DNA from: Octopus sinensis
Lineage: Eukaryota
DNA length: 64,000 nt
Direction of reading: 5' to 3'
Assembly: GCF_006345805.1 (NCBI RefSeq)
Contig: NC_042999.1
Coordinates: 64,666,001-64,730,000 of the forward strand
Below, piece by piece: positions 63,445 to 64,000 of the stretch. The translations under genes and the position numbers were made by a program. The notes below the pieces were generated by a model. The model did not search any database. It was not told the origin of the DNA and saw nothing but the letters and a program-made list of their open reading frames with translations. Each line of letters starts with the position of its first letter. Position 1 is the stretch's first letter.

Positions 63445-63895
63445 ATTAGAGTGGTAATTTTGCGGGGACTGGAATATCAATTATATCGACCCCAAATACT
63501 CAGCTGGCACTTACTTTATCGATCCCGAACGGATGAAAGGCAAAGTCGGCCTCAGCGGTATTTGAACTCAAAACTTAAAGAACGCCAAGAAATGCCGCTA
63601 CGCATTTTGTCTGACGCGTGAACTATTCTACCAGCTCACCGCCTTACTACTACCGCCGCCGCCGCTGCTGCTGCTGCAGCTGCTGCCACCACCACTACTA
63701 CTACTACAGGCGCAAGGCCTGAAATTTTGTGGGAGGGAGTTAGTCGATTGCATTGACCTCAGTGTTTGAGTGGCACCCATTTTATAGACCTTGAAAGAAT
63801 GAACGGTGAAGTCGACTTCAGCGAAATATGAAACCGGGAGAAATGCTGCCAAGCATTGTGTCTGGTGCTGTAACGATTCTGCTAGCTCACCGCCG
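63445..63895 (-). mobile_element. Two decayed SINE family B variants in tandem (63445-63645 and 63710-63895)
   Basis: gatgaaaggcaaagtcggcctcagcggtatttgaactc..aaatgccgcta and gaaagaatgaacggtgaagtcgacttcagcgaaat..ctgctagctcaccgcc. Confidence 0.7.
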
Positions 63896-64000
63896 ACTAA
63901 GAATAAATAACAACAAAAGCAAAACAACCAGCAACAACTATATAACAAATAATTATAAGCAACGATGAAAAGAGTAATACACAATAAAAATTGACAATAA

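Overview
This is repeat-saturated, AT-rich eukaryotic DNA in which I cannot support any host protein-coding gene. Most ORFs in the track are microsatellite translations or antisense frames of decayed transposons. The SINE families and microsatellite load look like an octopus (coleoid cephalopod) genome; this is from recognition, not a database search. Contents: (i) at least four tRNA-derived SINE families in many copies; (ii) a decayed L1/Tx1-type LINE at 2.9-5.6 kb; (iii) RTE 3' fragments, one with a twin-priming-type inversion; (iv) several R4/Dong-type RLE LINEs, including a near-full-length copy at 52.06-56.03 kb that ends a head-to-tail train of four elements separated by (AAT)n/(GAT)n tracts; (v) Tc1/mariner, Chapaev3-like and MITE remnants. 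The most striking signal is a set of minimal type I hammerhead ribozyme motifs in Penelope-like terminal-repeat (pLTR) fragments from at least four sequence families. Two families occur as head-to-head palindromes with one ribozyme per strand, one of them a near-perfect ~457-bp-arm hairpin at 9.67-10.69 kb. A third family carries the same non-canonical core (CUGUYGA) in two independent copies. These fragments tend to sit in or end at (TA)n tracts. All structures were read by eye; ribozyme activity and family names need computational and experimental confirmation.
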